A stretch of DNA of 64,000 nucleotides from a bacterium. Lineage in GTDB: Bacteria > JAUVQV01 > DATDCY01. The translations under genes were made by a program, and so were the position numbers. The stretch is taken from positions 22,396 through 86,395 of the forward strand of contig DATDCY010000012.1 of the NCBI GenBank assembly GCA_036524115.1. Reading direction: 5' to 3'. Within the stretch, counting starts at the first letter, position 1; each line of letters begins with the position of its first letter. Shown piece after piece: positions 36,537 through 45,853 of this stretch. Below the pieces are notes generated by a model that ran no database searches, was not told the DNA's origin, and saw nothing but the letters and a program-made list of their open reading frames with translations.

Positions 36537-37406
36537 ATGGAGCAGCCGGTTCAGTTCTCGGCCAACGGCAGGCAGTTGTTCGGCATCCTTCACATCCCCG
36601 ACGGACCCGCCTCCCCGGTCGACACGGTCGTCATGGTGACCGGGGGACCGCAGACGAGGTACGGCAGCCACAGGTTGTACGTGCTCCTCGCGAGGTACCT
36701 CTGCGAACGCGGCGTGGCGGTCCTGCGATTCGACTACGAGGGCATGGGGGACAGCGAGGGGGAATTCGTTGGGGCCGCCGGCGCGGCCGGTTCGATCGAG
36801 GCGGCCCTTGCCTACATCGACTCGGCGGTCGTCAACCGCGGCCGGAAGATCGTCTGGTCGCTGTGCGACGGCGCCTCCGCAAGCGCGCACTTCGTTGCTG
36901 TGCGCCCCCGGGCGGCGGATGGGGCGGTTCTCTGCAACCCCTATATCCAGAAGGAACTCGTTCAGTATCGCCGGCATTACTACAAGCGGAGATTGCTGCA
37001 GAGGGACTTCTGGCGCGACCTGCTGAGAGTCAGGGTGAACGTCGCGGGTGCCTTGTTGGAGGTGTTGACCATTCTTCGCACGGGTGTGTCTCAGCGCATC
37101 CGCAAACTGCTTGCCGCAAGGAGCTGGACGAACGAGCCCTTCTCCCTGGATTCGCTGCTCCTGAGCCTGCAGAACATCGAGGTTCCGACGTGGTGCGTGC
37201 TCAGCGCGCACGATGACGTGGCCCAGGAGTTTCTCGAAGGGATCTCGTCCGGATTCGGGAAGACGGTGGTCGAAAAGAACCCGAACATACGCATCACCAC
37301 GATTGCGGCGGCCGATCACACGTTCAGTCTGCCCGGAAACAGCGCTGCCCTGAACGCCGCCACCGTTGCGGCGCTTCAGGCGATGGGATGTCGAACCCTC
37401 TCGTGA
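36537..37406 (+). CDS. Alpha/beta-fold hydrolase, exosortase-A-system associated (type 1)
   Basis: VVMVTGGPQTRYGSHRLYVLLARYL...VLRFDYEGMGDSEGE...VWSLCDGASASAHF. ATG 36537 lies 8 nt after the upstream stop. The track ORF 36111.. is read-through. Confidence 0.6.
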   Translation: MEQPVQFSANGRQLFGILHIPDGPASPVDTVVMVTGGPQTRYGSHRLYVLLARYLCERGVAVLRFDYEGMGDSEGEFVGAAGAAGSIEAALAYIDSAVVNRGRKIVWSLCDGASASAHFVAVRPRAADGAVLCNPYIQKELVQYRRHYYKRRLLQRDFWRDLLRVRVNVAGALLEVLTILRTGVSQRIRKLLAARSWTNEPFSLDSLLLSLQNIEVPTWCVLSAHDDVAQEFLEGISSGFGKTVVEKNPNIRITTIAAADHTFSLPGNSAALNAATVAALQAMGCRTLS

Positions 37407-37428
37407 ACGGCCGGGCCGCTGTGAAGAG

Positions 37429-39054
37429 ATGGCGAACCACCGAGGCTTCCGGATGCCGGTGATCAGGGTCGTCGGCGATCTGGCGATACACGCCGGCGAG
37501 GCGTGCCCGGACAAGGCCGCAGCGTTCATGCGCGACGACAGCATCACCTACGCGGACGTCCTCGAGCGCAGCCTCAGGCTCGGCGACTTCCTCAGTCGGA
37601 CGGGCGTCGCGAAGGGCGACAGGGTGTGCTTGTTCCTCGAGAAGCGCTTCGAGAAGGTGATCGCCATCTTCGGGACTGCCCTTGCCGGCGCAGTGGTCGT
37701 CCCGATCAGGCGTCTTTCCAGACCCGCACAGGTGCTGCACGTTCTCGGGGACTCCGGGGCGAAGGTGCTCATCACGACCGCTGCCGGCGTCGCGAGTCTC
37801 GGGAACCTGCCCGATGGCGCCACCGGCCTCGAGACCGTCGTCAGCATCGGCAAGGTCCCGGATGCCGGGCTTCCCGCCAGGCTCCGGCTCGTCGAATGGG
37901 ACGACGTCATGCGAAACGCAGCGTGCCCGGGACCGCGGGCGCGCGTGACCGACCGGGACCTTGCCGCGATCCTGTACACGTCCGGCTCGACCGGCAAGCC
38001 GAAGGGTGTCGTGCTCAGCCACTTGAACGTCATTGCGGGGACCCAGAAGGTCTCGGAGTATCTGGGGATCAACCCGGACGACCGCCTGCTGAGCATTCTG
38101 TCGTTCGGGTTCGACTACGGGTTGAACCAACTGACCACGGCCTTCTTCAACCGGGCGCAGATCGTCTTGCTCGACCATCTCTTTCCGCAGGACATCCTGA
38201 ATGCGGTCGCGAAGCACCGAGTGACGGGACTGGCGGCGGTGGCGGCGACCTGGATCCAGCTGGTGCAGGCGTCTTGGGAGTCGACCGCGATGCCCCGGCT
38301 GCGATACGTCACGAATTCCGGCGGCGCGATACCGCCCCGGATTGTCCAGGAGATCCGGAGGCGCCTCCCGCGGACCAAGATGTTCCTGATGTACGGCCTC
38401 ACGGAGGCCTTCCGCTCGACGTATCTCGATCCGGACCTCGTCGACCAATACCCGGGCTCCATCGGCAAGGCGATCCCGGGGGAGGAAGTGATGGTCCTCG
38501 ACGCGAGCGGCGAGCCTGTCGGACCCAACGAGGTCGGCGAACTGGTCCACCGGGGTGTCCTCGTGGCGCAGGGCTACTGGAATGACCCGGAGCTGACAGG
38601 CCGCAGGTTTCGCGACAACCCGCGGCAACCCGGCGAGGTGCCGCTGCGCGAAAAGGTGGTGTACTCCGGGGACCGGGTCAGAGTCGATGAACAGGGATAT
38701 TTGTATTTCGTCGGCAGGGACGACGACATGATCAAGTGCGCGGGCAACAGGATCAGCCCGACGGAAGTGGAAGACGTCCTCTACCGGTGTCACGGCGTCG
38801 CCGAGGCCGTGGCCTTCGGCATTCCGCACGAAACGTACGGCCAGACCGTCTATGCGGTGATCGCCCTGACCGGCGAAGGCACCGTCGCGATCGCCGACGT
38901 GCTGAAGCACTGCAGGGAGCAGCTGCCGCCCTACATGGTGCCGAGCGGGATCGAGGTCCGACAGAGCCTTGCAAGAAACGACAACGGCAAGATCGACCGG
39001 TCCGGGATCCAAAGAGAAGTCCGATCACGCGCCGCGACCGTGGGAGCCCGATGA
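37429..39054 (+). CDS. Acyl-CoA ligase / acyl-ACP synthetase (AMP-forming), second copy
   Basis: LYTSGSTGKPKGV, MYGLTEAF, YSGDRVRVDEQGYLYFVGRDDDMIKCAGNRISP and KIDRSGI. Start ATG 37429 (MANHRGF). Alternatives are GTG 37366 and ATG 37453. Confidence 0.8.
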   Translation: MANHRGFRMPVIRVVGDLAIHAGEACPDKAAAFMRDDSITYADVLERSLRLGDFLSRTGVAKGDRVCLFLEKRFEKVIAIFGTALAGAVVVPIRRLSRPAQVLHVLGDSGAKVLITTAAGVASLGNLPDGATGLETVVSIGKVPDAGLPARLRLVEWDDVMRNAACPGPRARVTDRDLAAILYTSGSTGKPKGVVLSHLNVIAGTQKVSEYLGINPDDRLLSILSFGFDYGLNQLTTAFFNRAQIVLLDHLFPQDILNAVAKHRVTGLAAVAATWIQLVQASWESTAMPRLRYVTNSGGAIPPRIVQEIRRRLPRTKMFLMYGLTEAFRSTYLDPDLVDQYPGSIGKAIPGEEVMVLDASGEPVGPNEVGELVHRGVLVAQGYWNDPELTGRRFRDNPRQPGEVPLREKVVYSGDRVRVDEQGYLYFVGRDDDMIKCAGNRISPTEVEDVLYRCHGVAEAVAFGIPHETYGQTVYAVIALTGEGTVAIADVLKHCREQLPPYMVPSGIEVRQSLARNDNGKIDRSGIQREVRSRAATVGAR

Positions 39055-40283
39055 TCGGCAACAGTGCTCTCCAGTCGGCGCTGGCCCACCACGGGCGGAA
39101 GGGGCGGACGCTCCTGATCGGCGGCCTGCCGGCGGAGGAGATCGCCGCCAGGTACGGCACCCCGGTCTACGTGTACAGCCGCGAGGCCATGGTCGCCCGG
39201 CGGAACAGCCTCCGGGAGGCGCTGCCCGGGGACGTTCGCATTCTCTACGCGGTGAAGGCAAACCCCCACCCGGAGCTGCTCAGCCTGATGGGGGAGCTGT
39301 ACGACGGCTTCGACGTGTCTTCGCTTGGCGAGATCCGGAAGGCGCTTGACGCGGGCGTGTCGGCCGCGCGGCTGAGCTTTGCGGGTCCCGGGAAGCTCAG
39401 GGAGGAACTCGATTTCGCCGTCGGCGCGGGTGTCGGGAGCATCAGCGTCGAAAGCCGCGATGAGATCGAGGCGGTACGGGACATCTGCCGGTGCCAGGGC
39501 AGGATGGCCAACATCATGGTCCGCGTCAATCCCATCTTCAGCCTGGCGCAGTCGGGGATGGGCATGGGCGGGCCACGCCAGTTCGGGATAGACGCCGATC
39601 AGGTTCCGCCCGTGCTCGATGACATTCGGGGCGACCGCCACCTGAACTTTCAGGGCATCCACGTCTTCTCCGGATCGCAGAACCTCAGCGCGGCCGTCCT
39701 CGCCGAACACTTCGCCAATATCGTCCGCTATGCCCTCGATATCTGCGCGGAGAAGGGCATGCCGCTCGCTGCGGTCAATGCCGGCGGAGGCTTCGGCATT
39801 CCCTACTTCGCGGGCGACACCGACCTCGACCTCGGCGCGGTCGGGACGGCTATCGGAGCCACGATCGCCGAGGAGAAGGCGCGGTTGGGGAAGACGACGA
39901 TCACCCTGGAACTGGGCAGGTATCTCGTCGGGGAATGCGGCGTCTATCTCTGCCGGGTGCTCTACCGCAAGGTGTCGCAAGGCACGGTGTTCCTTGTCCT
40001 CGATGGCGGCATGCACCACCACCTCGCCGCGTCGGGCAACCTGGGCCAGGGCCTCCGGCGGCGGCCGATGCCCGTCGTGACCGCGAACGACCTGGATGGC
40101 GCGGGGGAGAAAGTGACGCTCGTCGGCCCGCTCTGCACCCCATTGGATACCTTCGGGACCGTGGAGATCCCGCGCGCGGACGTCGGGGACCTGGTGGCCG
40201 TGATGAATTCCGGCGCGTACGGGCTGTCGGCCAGCCCGGTCAACTTCCTGAGCCGCAGGCCTCCTGTGGAGGCGCTCGTCTGA
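39051..40283 (+). CDS. PLP-dependent decarboxylase (fold III; DapDC/ornithine-decarboxylase-like), exosortase-A-associated type
   Basis: PVYVYSREAM...ILYAVKANPHPELL (PLP-Lys region AVKAN), GFDVSSLGE, VFSGSQ and CTPLD. ATG 39051 overlaps the ligase stop as ATGA. Confidence 0.8.
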   Translation: MIGNSALQSALAHHGRKGRTLLIGGLPAEEIAARYGTPVYVYSREAMVARRNSLREALPGDVRILYAVKANPHPELLSLMGELYDGFDVSSLGEIRKALDAGVSAARLSFAGPGKLREELDFAVGAGVGSISVESRDEIEAVRDICRCQGRMANIMVRVNPIFSLAQSGMGMGGPRQFGIDADQVPPVLDDIRGDRHLNFQGIHVFSGSQNLSAAVLAEHFANIVRYALDICAEKGMPLAAVNAGGGFGIPYFAGDTDLDLGAVGTAIGATIAEEKARLGKTTITLELGRYLVGECGVYLCRVLYRKVSQGTVFLVLDGGMHHHLAASGNLGQGLRRRPMPVVTANDLDGAGEKVTLVGPLCTPLDTFGTVEIPRADVGDLVAVMNSGAYGLSASPVNFLSRRPPVEALV

Positions 40284-41713
40284 TGATCTCCACGAGGACC
40301 GTGACCGATCCGGCAGAGATCGAGCGCTGGGTCCCGGCTTGTTCGGAGCTGGCGAGGACTACCCAAGCCTCCCTGTGTTCTCAGTACCTGGATGTCCCGC
40401 TGCTCTGGTGGAAGAGTTTCGCGAACGGAAGCGGGCAGGACACCTACACGGTTCGGGGCGCCAACTTCCTCGGGACGCGCAGTTGGCTCGAAGACATGTT
40501 CGTGATACTGGCGTTCGCGGGCGACGAGCTCCTCGGAGCGCTGCCGCTCGCCTCGCAGTCGGTGAAGGTGCGCGGCCGTGCCGTGCCGCGGCGCGTCGTC
40601 ACGCTTCCGGGAGACTTCCAGTTGATCCCCTACATGGACCTGACGGTCGCCGCGGGCAGGCGGCGGGAGGTCATAGGGGCGCTCCTCGACACCGCGATCG
40701 ACGGGCTGGGCGACGACGACCTGCTGATGCTGCAGTACCTCCCTGAAACGTCCCCGCACCTCGAGGAGATTGCCGCTCACTTGCGCGCGAAGGCGCCCGC
40801 CGGGGTTCGCTACACCGTTGCGACGACGGGGCGCAGGGGCGGCGTCTGGCCATGGAACCTGGAAATCATCGTTTCCTGCCTGAGGCAGCTGCGCGCCAGG
40901 GTGACAACGGCCGACCTCCGCGGGCATTTGGACGGGCTGCTCGAGGCGCTCGGCTCATGCCCCAGCACGTCGCTGATCCTCCCCCAGACAAGGAGGACCT
41001 TCGAAGAGAAGATTCGTGACGCCCTGGATTGCGTCAGCGCGGACGTCGGTCCGGGCGACGCGACGAGGGTTCTCCAATCTCACCTTGCGGATGCGCCGGA
41101 TTACTACGGGCGCATCTCCTTGCCGAAGGACGAGGACACGTACCGGGCGTCGCTCGGCAAGGATACACGACGGTATTTCCAGCGCTATGGCCAGGCATTC
41201 CGCGAAGCCGGGGGCTCCTTCGAGAAGATCGCGTCCGAGCGCGTGACCGAGCGTGACGTCGACGACTACCTGGCCCTGCACGACAGCCGCTGGCGCGGCG
41301 ACTCCGCCGTCTTGAAGAACGAGCGCTTGTATCGATTCCATCGCGATCTGTGCGCCCGGCTTGCAGCCAAAGGATTTCTCTCGCTCTTCTTCGCCGTGTA
41401 TCGCGGCGCGAGGATTGCCGTTCACTCCTGCATCGACATCTGCGGGCGGCGCGAGGGCTACATGATCGGCAGGGACCCGGGCTTCGAGGAAACGAGGGCC
41501 GGCCGCCTGCTGTATTTTGAGACGATTCGGGACGCCATCGCCAGCGGGTATCGCACCTACGAGATGGGGCGGGTCTGGTTTGCCTACAAGGCGAGTTTCA
41601 CCAGGGAGAGCGCCTTGACCAGGAACGTCTTCGTTTCGAAAGCGGGAACCGCACCCGATCTCAACGGGATATTTGGCGGCTACGAATGCATGCTGGCGGT
41701 GAGCGAGGCGTGA
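40283..41713 (+). CDS. FemAB/GNAT-like acyltransferase (Acetyltransf_6-like), second copy; candidate N-acyl amino acid synthase
   Basis: 476 aa. Its C-terminal half GFLSLFFAVYRGARIAVHSCIDICGRREGYMIGRDPGFEETRAGRLLYFETIRDAIASGYRTYEMG resembles the FemAB/BcsL-type GNAT. ATG 40283 sits in a TGATGA overlap with the decarboxylase stop. Confidence 0.5.
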   Translation: MISTRTVTDPAEIERWVPACSELARTTQASLCSQYLDVPLLWWKSFANGSGQDTYTVRGANFLGTRSWLEDMFVILAFAGDELLGALPLASQSVKVRGRAVPRRVVTLPGDFQLIPYMDLTVAAGRRREVIGALLDTAIDGLGDDDLLMLQYLPETSPHLEEIAAHLRAKAPAGVRYTVATTGRRGGVWPWNLEIIVSCLRQLRARVTTADLRGHLDGLLEALGSCPSTSLILPQTRRTFEEKIRDALDCVSADVGPGDATRVLQSHLADAPDYYGRISLPKDEDTYRASLGKDTRRYFQRYGQAFREAGGSFEKIASERVTERDVDDYLALHDSRWRGDSAVLKNERLYRFHRDLCARLAAKGFLSLFFAVYRGARIAVHSCIDICGRREGYMIGRDPGFEETRAGRLLYFETIRDAIASGYRTYEMGRVWFAYKASFTRESALTRNVFVSKAGTAPDLNGIFGGYECMLAVSEA

Positions 41714-41753
41714 CGCATTCCATGTGCCGAAGGGTATGCGCACGAGGAAGGTC

Positions 41754-42776
41754 ATGACCGGAAGCGGCGTGAGCGTGATCATGCCCACGTTCAACAGGGC
41801 GCAGTTCATCCCACGGGCCATCGCATCGTGCCTCGGTCAGCTCGAGGAAGGCGACGAGCTGATCATTGTCGATGATGGGTCCACGGATGAAACGGAGAGA
41901 GTGGTTGCGGAGTTCCGGAACCGATGTCGTTACATCAAGAGCGAGAACCGCGGGGCCGGGAGAGCGAGGAACATCGGGCTCGACGCGGCAAGCGGCAGCC
42001 TCGTGGGTTTCATTGACTCCGACGACGAGTGGACACCCGGCAAGTTGAAGATTCAACGCGAGTTCATGCGCCGAATGCCAGAGGTTGCGTACTGCTTCAG
42101 CGACTTTCGTGTTGTGGAGGAAGCGACGGGGCGCGAGCACGGAGCCGGCGTGGTGGCATGGTCGCTCGACCGCCGGCCTTGGGAGCAGATTCTCGGCGCG
42201 GGAAGGCCGGTCTCGTCGGTGATGGACCTCCCGCGGGGGGTGCCCGACTTCAGCTTCCATGTCGGCAGCATGTATCTGAACGAGTTGTCCGCCAACTACA
42301 TCAACGTAAACACCCTGCTCGTGCGAAGGGGCGCGAGGACCAGGGACGTTCGTTTCGCCGAGGATACGCCGACCTACGAGGACTGGGAGTACTTCGGGGC
42401 GCTCTCGGGGCGGGGCGCGGGGGCCTATCTCGACGTCGAGACTGCGTGCCAGCACAATCACGGCGGGCAACGGCTCACCGACGCCCACATCACGGAATGC
42501 GCGCGTGCCCGCGTCCGGATCATGCAGAGAGTCTGGGGCAGCGACCGCAGTTTCCTGGCGGACAATGGGCGAATCTACCAGAAGGTCCTGGACGAGCAGA
42601 ACCTCCTCGCGGCGAAGGGCCTCCTGGCGCGAGGCGAAGTCGCCGCGGCGAAAGCGCACCTTCGCTCGATGGAGCGGCCGCCCGTTGTGTATCGACTGAT
42701 TTCCCGGTTGCCGGACGCGACGGTGCGTGGGCTGACGCGCACCTACAAGTGCTCCAAGGGGTGGCTGTCCACGTGA
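41754..42776 (+). CDS. Glycosyltransferase family 2
   Basis: VSVIMPTFNRAQFI...IIVDDGSTDET...GFIDSDDEW has the GT-A DxD/DD motifs. Start is uncertain among GTG 41724, ATG 41736 and ATG 41754. Confidence 0.7.
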   Translation: MTGSGVSVIMPTFNRAQFIPRAIASCLGQLEEGDELIIVDDGSTDETERVVAEFRNRCRYIKSENRGAGRARNIGLDAASGSLVGFIDSDDEWTPGKLKIQREFMRRMPEVAYCFSDFRVVEEATGREHGAGVVAWSLDRRPWEQILGAGRPVSSVMDLPRGVPDFSFHVGSMYLNELSANYINVNTLLVRRGARTRDVRFAEDTPTYEDWEYFGALSGRGAGAYLDVETACQHNHGGQRLTDAHITECARARVRIMQRVWGSDRSFLADNGRIYQKVLDEQNLLAAKGLLARGEVAAAKAHLRSMERPPVVYRLISRLPDATVRGLTRTYKCSKGWLST

Positions 42777-44281
42777 GCGACGATCTGCGGCGGGCGAAGG
42801 TGGCGGCTCTCGCCGTTGTAGCGGCGTATCTGGCGACCGTTGCACCGGTTCTCGTCGGCCTGGTGCATACGTGGCTGAGCCAGGACGAGTATGCGCACGG
42901 TTTCCTGATCCCCTTGATCAGCGGCTACCTCGTCTACTCTCAGCGGGAGCGGCTGCGGTCGATCGGCATCAGGCCAATGCCGGTGGTCGGACTTGCCGCC
43001 CTTGTTGTCGGCTGCCTGGTCTTCCTGCTCGGACAACGGGGCGGCATCGTGACGGTGGAGCGCATCTCTGTCATCCTGATGCTCATGGCGTCGATCCTGC
43101 TGCTTCTCGGGTATGAGTTCTTCCGCGCGCTTCTTCTGCCGCTTCTGTACCTGTTCTTCATGATCCCGATTCTCGATCTCTCCGCCAATGCGATCCACTG
43201 GCCGTTCCAACTGGTCACCGCGACGATCGCCGCAAAGGCTCTCGCATTGTTCGGGGTCCCCGTCTTGCAGTCGCAGCAGTACCTGCACTTGCCAAGCATC
43301 ACGCTGGAAGTGGCGAATCTCTGCAGCGGCGCTCGGTTCTTCATCTCGATCGTCGCCATCGGCATTCCCCTGGCATACTTCACACAGCGGACCTTCCTGC
43401 GCCGGGCGGCCCTTCTGGGGTTTGCGATCTTGATCAGCATCGTCACCAACGGCGTCCGGGTCACCCTGATCGGGGTCTGGGCGTACTACTTCAATACGAC
43501 CGCCGATATTCACGGGCCGGCCCACGTTCTGCAAGGGCTCTTTGTCTCCGTCGTTGGGTACGTGGTCCTCTTCGCGGTGGCGATTGCGTATTCCGAGAGC
43601 CGCCCGCGAGAAGCCGGTTCGGCGAAGGCCGGGTTCAGCGCAAAGCCGACGAACGGCCGCATCAACGAGGTGGTCAGGGCAAGTGCCGCTGCCCTGGTTG
43701 CTCTTGGCTTCGTCTTCGTCTACGCCTACGTGGTTCCCCTGCGCGACGTTGCTGAGCCGAATGCCGGCAACCGACTGTCCCCGTCCTTCGGCACCTGGGA
43801 TATCCGCAGCGCAGAAAGCAGTCAGATGTTGCCGGGGGCCGACCATGAACTAAACGTCACGTATCGCAGCGAAGACGGGAGGAGCGTCGGTGTCTATCGG
43901 GGGTATTTCGCCTCCCAGAGGCAGGGGAAGGAATGCATCGAATCCGGGTCCAAGTGGGGCGCGCAGCGCGGCGAACTGTTGCGGCTTCGCCTGCCGGAAG
44001 GAGGAACCGCCGAGGTCAATGCGGCAACGTACATCGACGGGTCCCAGGAGTATCTCGCGCTGTACTGGTACGAGCTGGACGGCCGGACATTTGCCCGGAG
44101 AGGCGAGGTCAAGCTTCGGACGGCGCTCAACGGGGTGCTGCGCAACAGAAACAACGGCGCGGTCGTGGTCGTCTATCGTCACATCGACAATGCAGGGGAG
44201 CGCGCGCCGGCGACTGCGGAGCTCTCCGACTTTGTGAGCCGGTCGGGCCTCCTCCGCGCGCGGGCGGGTGAGACGTCATGA
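42773..44281 (+). CDS. xrtA: Exosortase A (XrtA/EpsH) with fused C-terminal EpsI domain
   Basis: GTG 42773 overlaps the GT2 stop as GTGA. N-terminus ...LVHTWLSQDEYAHGFLIPLISGYLVY is the exosortase E.YSHGFLIPL-type motif. There are about 8 TM helices including the conserved Arg region (NGVRVTLIGVWAYYF). The C-terminal roughly 170 aa (TM plus periplasmic domain) is EpsI-like. The track ORF 42029.. is read-through. Confidence 0.8.
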   Translation: MSDDLRRAKVAALAVVAAYLATVAPVLVGLVHTWLSQDEYAHGFLIPLISGYLVYSQRERLRSIGIRPMPVVGLAALVVGCLVFLLGQRGGIVTVERISVILMLMASILLLLGYEFFRALLLPLLYLFFMIPILDLSANAIHWPFQLVTATIAAKALALFGVPVLQSQQYLHLPSITLEVANLCSGARFFISIVAIGIPLAYFTQRTFLRRAALLGFAILISIVTNGVRVTLIGVWAYYFNTTADIHGPAHVLQGLFVSVVGYVVLFAVAIAYSESRPREAGSAKAGFSAKPTNGRINEVVRASAAALVALGFVFVYAYVVPLRDVAEPNAGNRLSPSFGTWDIRSAESSQMLPGADHELNVTYRSEDGRSVGVYRGYFASQRQGKECIESGSKWGAQRGELLRLRLPEGGTAEVNAATYIDGSQEYLALYWYELDGRTFARRGEVKLRTALNGVLRNRNNGAVVVVYRHIDNAGERAPATAELSDFVSRSGLLRARAGETS

Positions 44282-44479
44282 TCGTCGAGGCCTTGGCGCG
44301 TCACATGGATGCCCGCAAGGAACTCCGCCTTGCCCGCCTAATTGCTCTTGGCCTTAAAGTCCTCACGCACGTCTGTGTCGAAGGCCCTCCTGTGTGTCAT
44401 CCTGTCGCAGGATGCTTCAATGTTCTGCCAAGTGTGCCCGCGAAAGAGTCGAGATGCATCGTGACGGACGTCTAAGCCG

Positions 44480-45676
44480 ATGAAGAGAATCTTGTATATC
44501 GAGGGCAACCGGGACGGGACTGTTGGCGGCTCGTACTACAGTCTCCTCTATCTCATCCAGGGTCTCGATAGATCAAAGTATGAGCCTCACGTGCTCTTCT
44601 TCGAGTCGAATCGTTTGATTCCTGAGTTCGCGAAGGTTGCTGTCAGCGTCAGGGTCGAGGACCTACGGGCGTCGAACAGCGATTGCTGCGGCTCGCTTGT
44701 CGACGTTTTGAGGTGGCCTTATGAGTTGCTCGTTGACGTGATCGCCCGGCAGCCGCGGATAGGCCGAATCATAAGAGAGGTTCGGCCCGATCTAGTTCAC
44801 CTCAACAACGGCTACTCCGGCATGCACGATTGGATGCTCGCCTGTCGTCTCAATGGCCTGAGGATCATCGCGCACGACCGCGGGACGAGTTGCCCGTGCA
44901 GCCTGCGGACGAGGATGCTTGTGAGGTTGCTGGACGCGGTCATCTGCGTCAGCGAGAGCTTCCGAGACAACGCGGTGCGCCAGGGATTGAGGGTGCCATT
45001 CTATCGCGTCTACAATGGACTGGATGTGCATGTGTCGTCGTTAAAGCACGCCGATACCAGTTCCGCAGAGGTGCGGCGGAGCCTCGGTGTCTCTGAAGGA
45101 CGGGTGGTCCTCGGGATGGTGGGGAACATACTCAGGTGGAAGGGCCAAGCAGTAGTGCTGCGGGCGCTTCGCACCATCGTGAGAAATCATCCTGATGTGG
45201 TCTGTGTGTTCGTTGGGGACGTACCGCGGGGCGAAGAGGAATACAAACGCGAACTCGAGGAATATGTTCTAGCCCATGGTCTTCAAGATCACGTTGTCTT
45301 TGCCGGCTACAGGAAGGACGTGGCCGATGTCCTCCAGACTGTAAGCGTGTTGGTTCACGCGTCTATCTCGCCAGAGCCTTTTGGGCGCGTGATTCTCGAG
45401 GGTATGGCGGCAGGCAAACCTGTTGTCGGGACGGATGCGGGCGGTGCCGCGGAAATCATAGTGAATGGGCAGACGGGTCTATTAGTGCCGATGGACGACG
45501 CGCCGGCGCTGGCCGAGGCATTGGACAGCTTGCTGCGCGACCCTGCTAGGGCTATTGAGATGGGGAGAAGGGGCAGGAGGCGAGTGATCGAGGATTTCAG
45601 TGCCGCGCGAATGGTCGGGGAAACGGAGCGGGTGTACGACAAGGTGTTTGCGTCCCGGCGCAACGTCCTTCTCTAG
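44480..45676 (+). CDS. Glycosyltransferase family 4 (GT-B, group 1)
   Basis: GGAAEIIVNGQTGLLVP...E(x7)E-type GT4 C-terminal domain. This is the first gene of the lower-GC block. Confidence 0.75.
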   Translation: MKRILYIEGNRDGTVGGSYYSLLYLIQGLDRSKYEPHVLFFESNRLIPEFAKVAVSVRVEDLRASNSDCCGSLVDVLRWPYELLVDVIARQPRIGRIIREVRPDLVHLNNGYSGMHDWMLACRLNGLRIIAHDRGTSCPCSLRTRMLVRLLDAVICVSESFRDNAVRQGLRVPFYRVYNGLDVHVSSLKHADTSSAEVRRSLGVSEGRVVLGMVGNILRWKGQAVVLRALRTIVRNHPDVVCVFVGDVPRGEEEYKRELEEYVLAHGLQDHVVFAGYRKDVADVLQTVSVLVHASISPEPFGRVILEGMAAGKPVVGTDAGGAAEIIVNGQTGLLVPMDDAPALAEALDSLLRDPARAIEMGRRGRRRVIEDFSAARMVGETERVYDKVFASRRNVLL

Positions 45677-45853
45677 CGAAGGACCAGCGTCATGTGTCCG
45701 AGTCGGGTACGAGGCGCGAATCGGCGACGCGTACGCATCTGCATGATGAGTCCAATCCCGATGCGCGTCGTTCTTGGGTCGGCGCGTTCTTGGTGTCGAC
45801 TAAGGGAGCGGCACGGTGTGAAGCGCGCGGGCACGGCGTTAGGAGGCTGGTGA

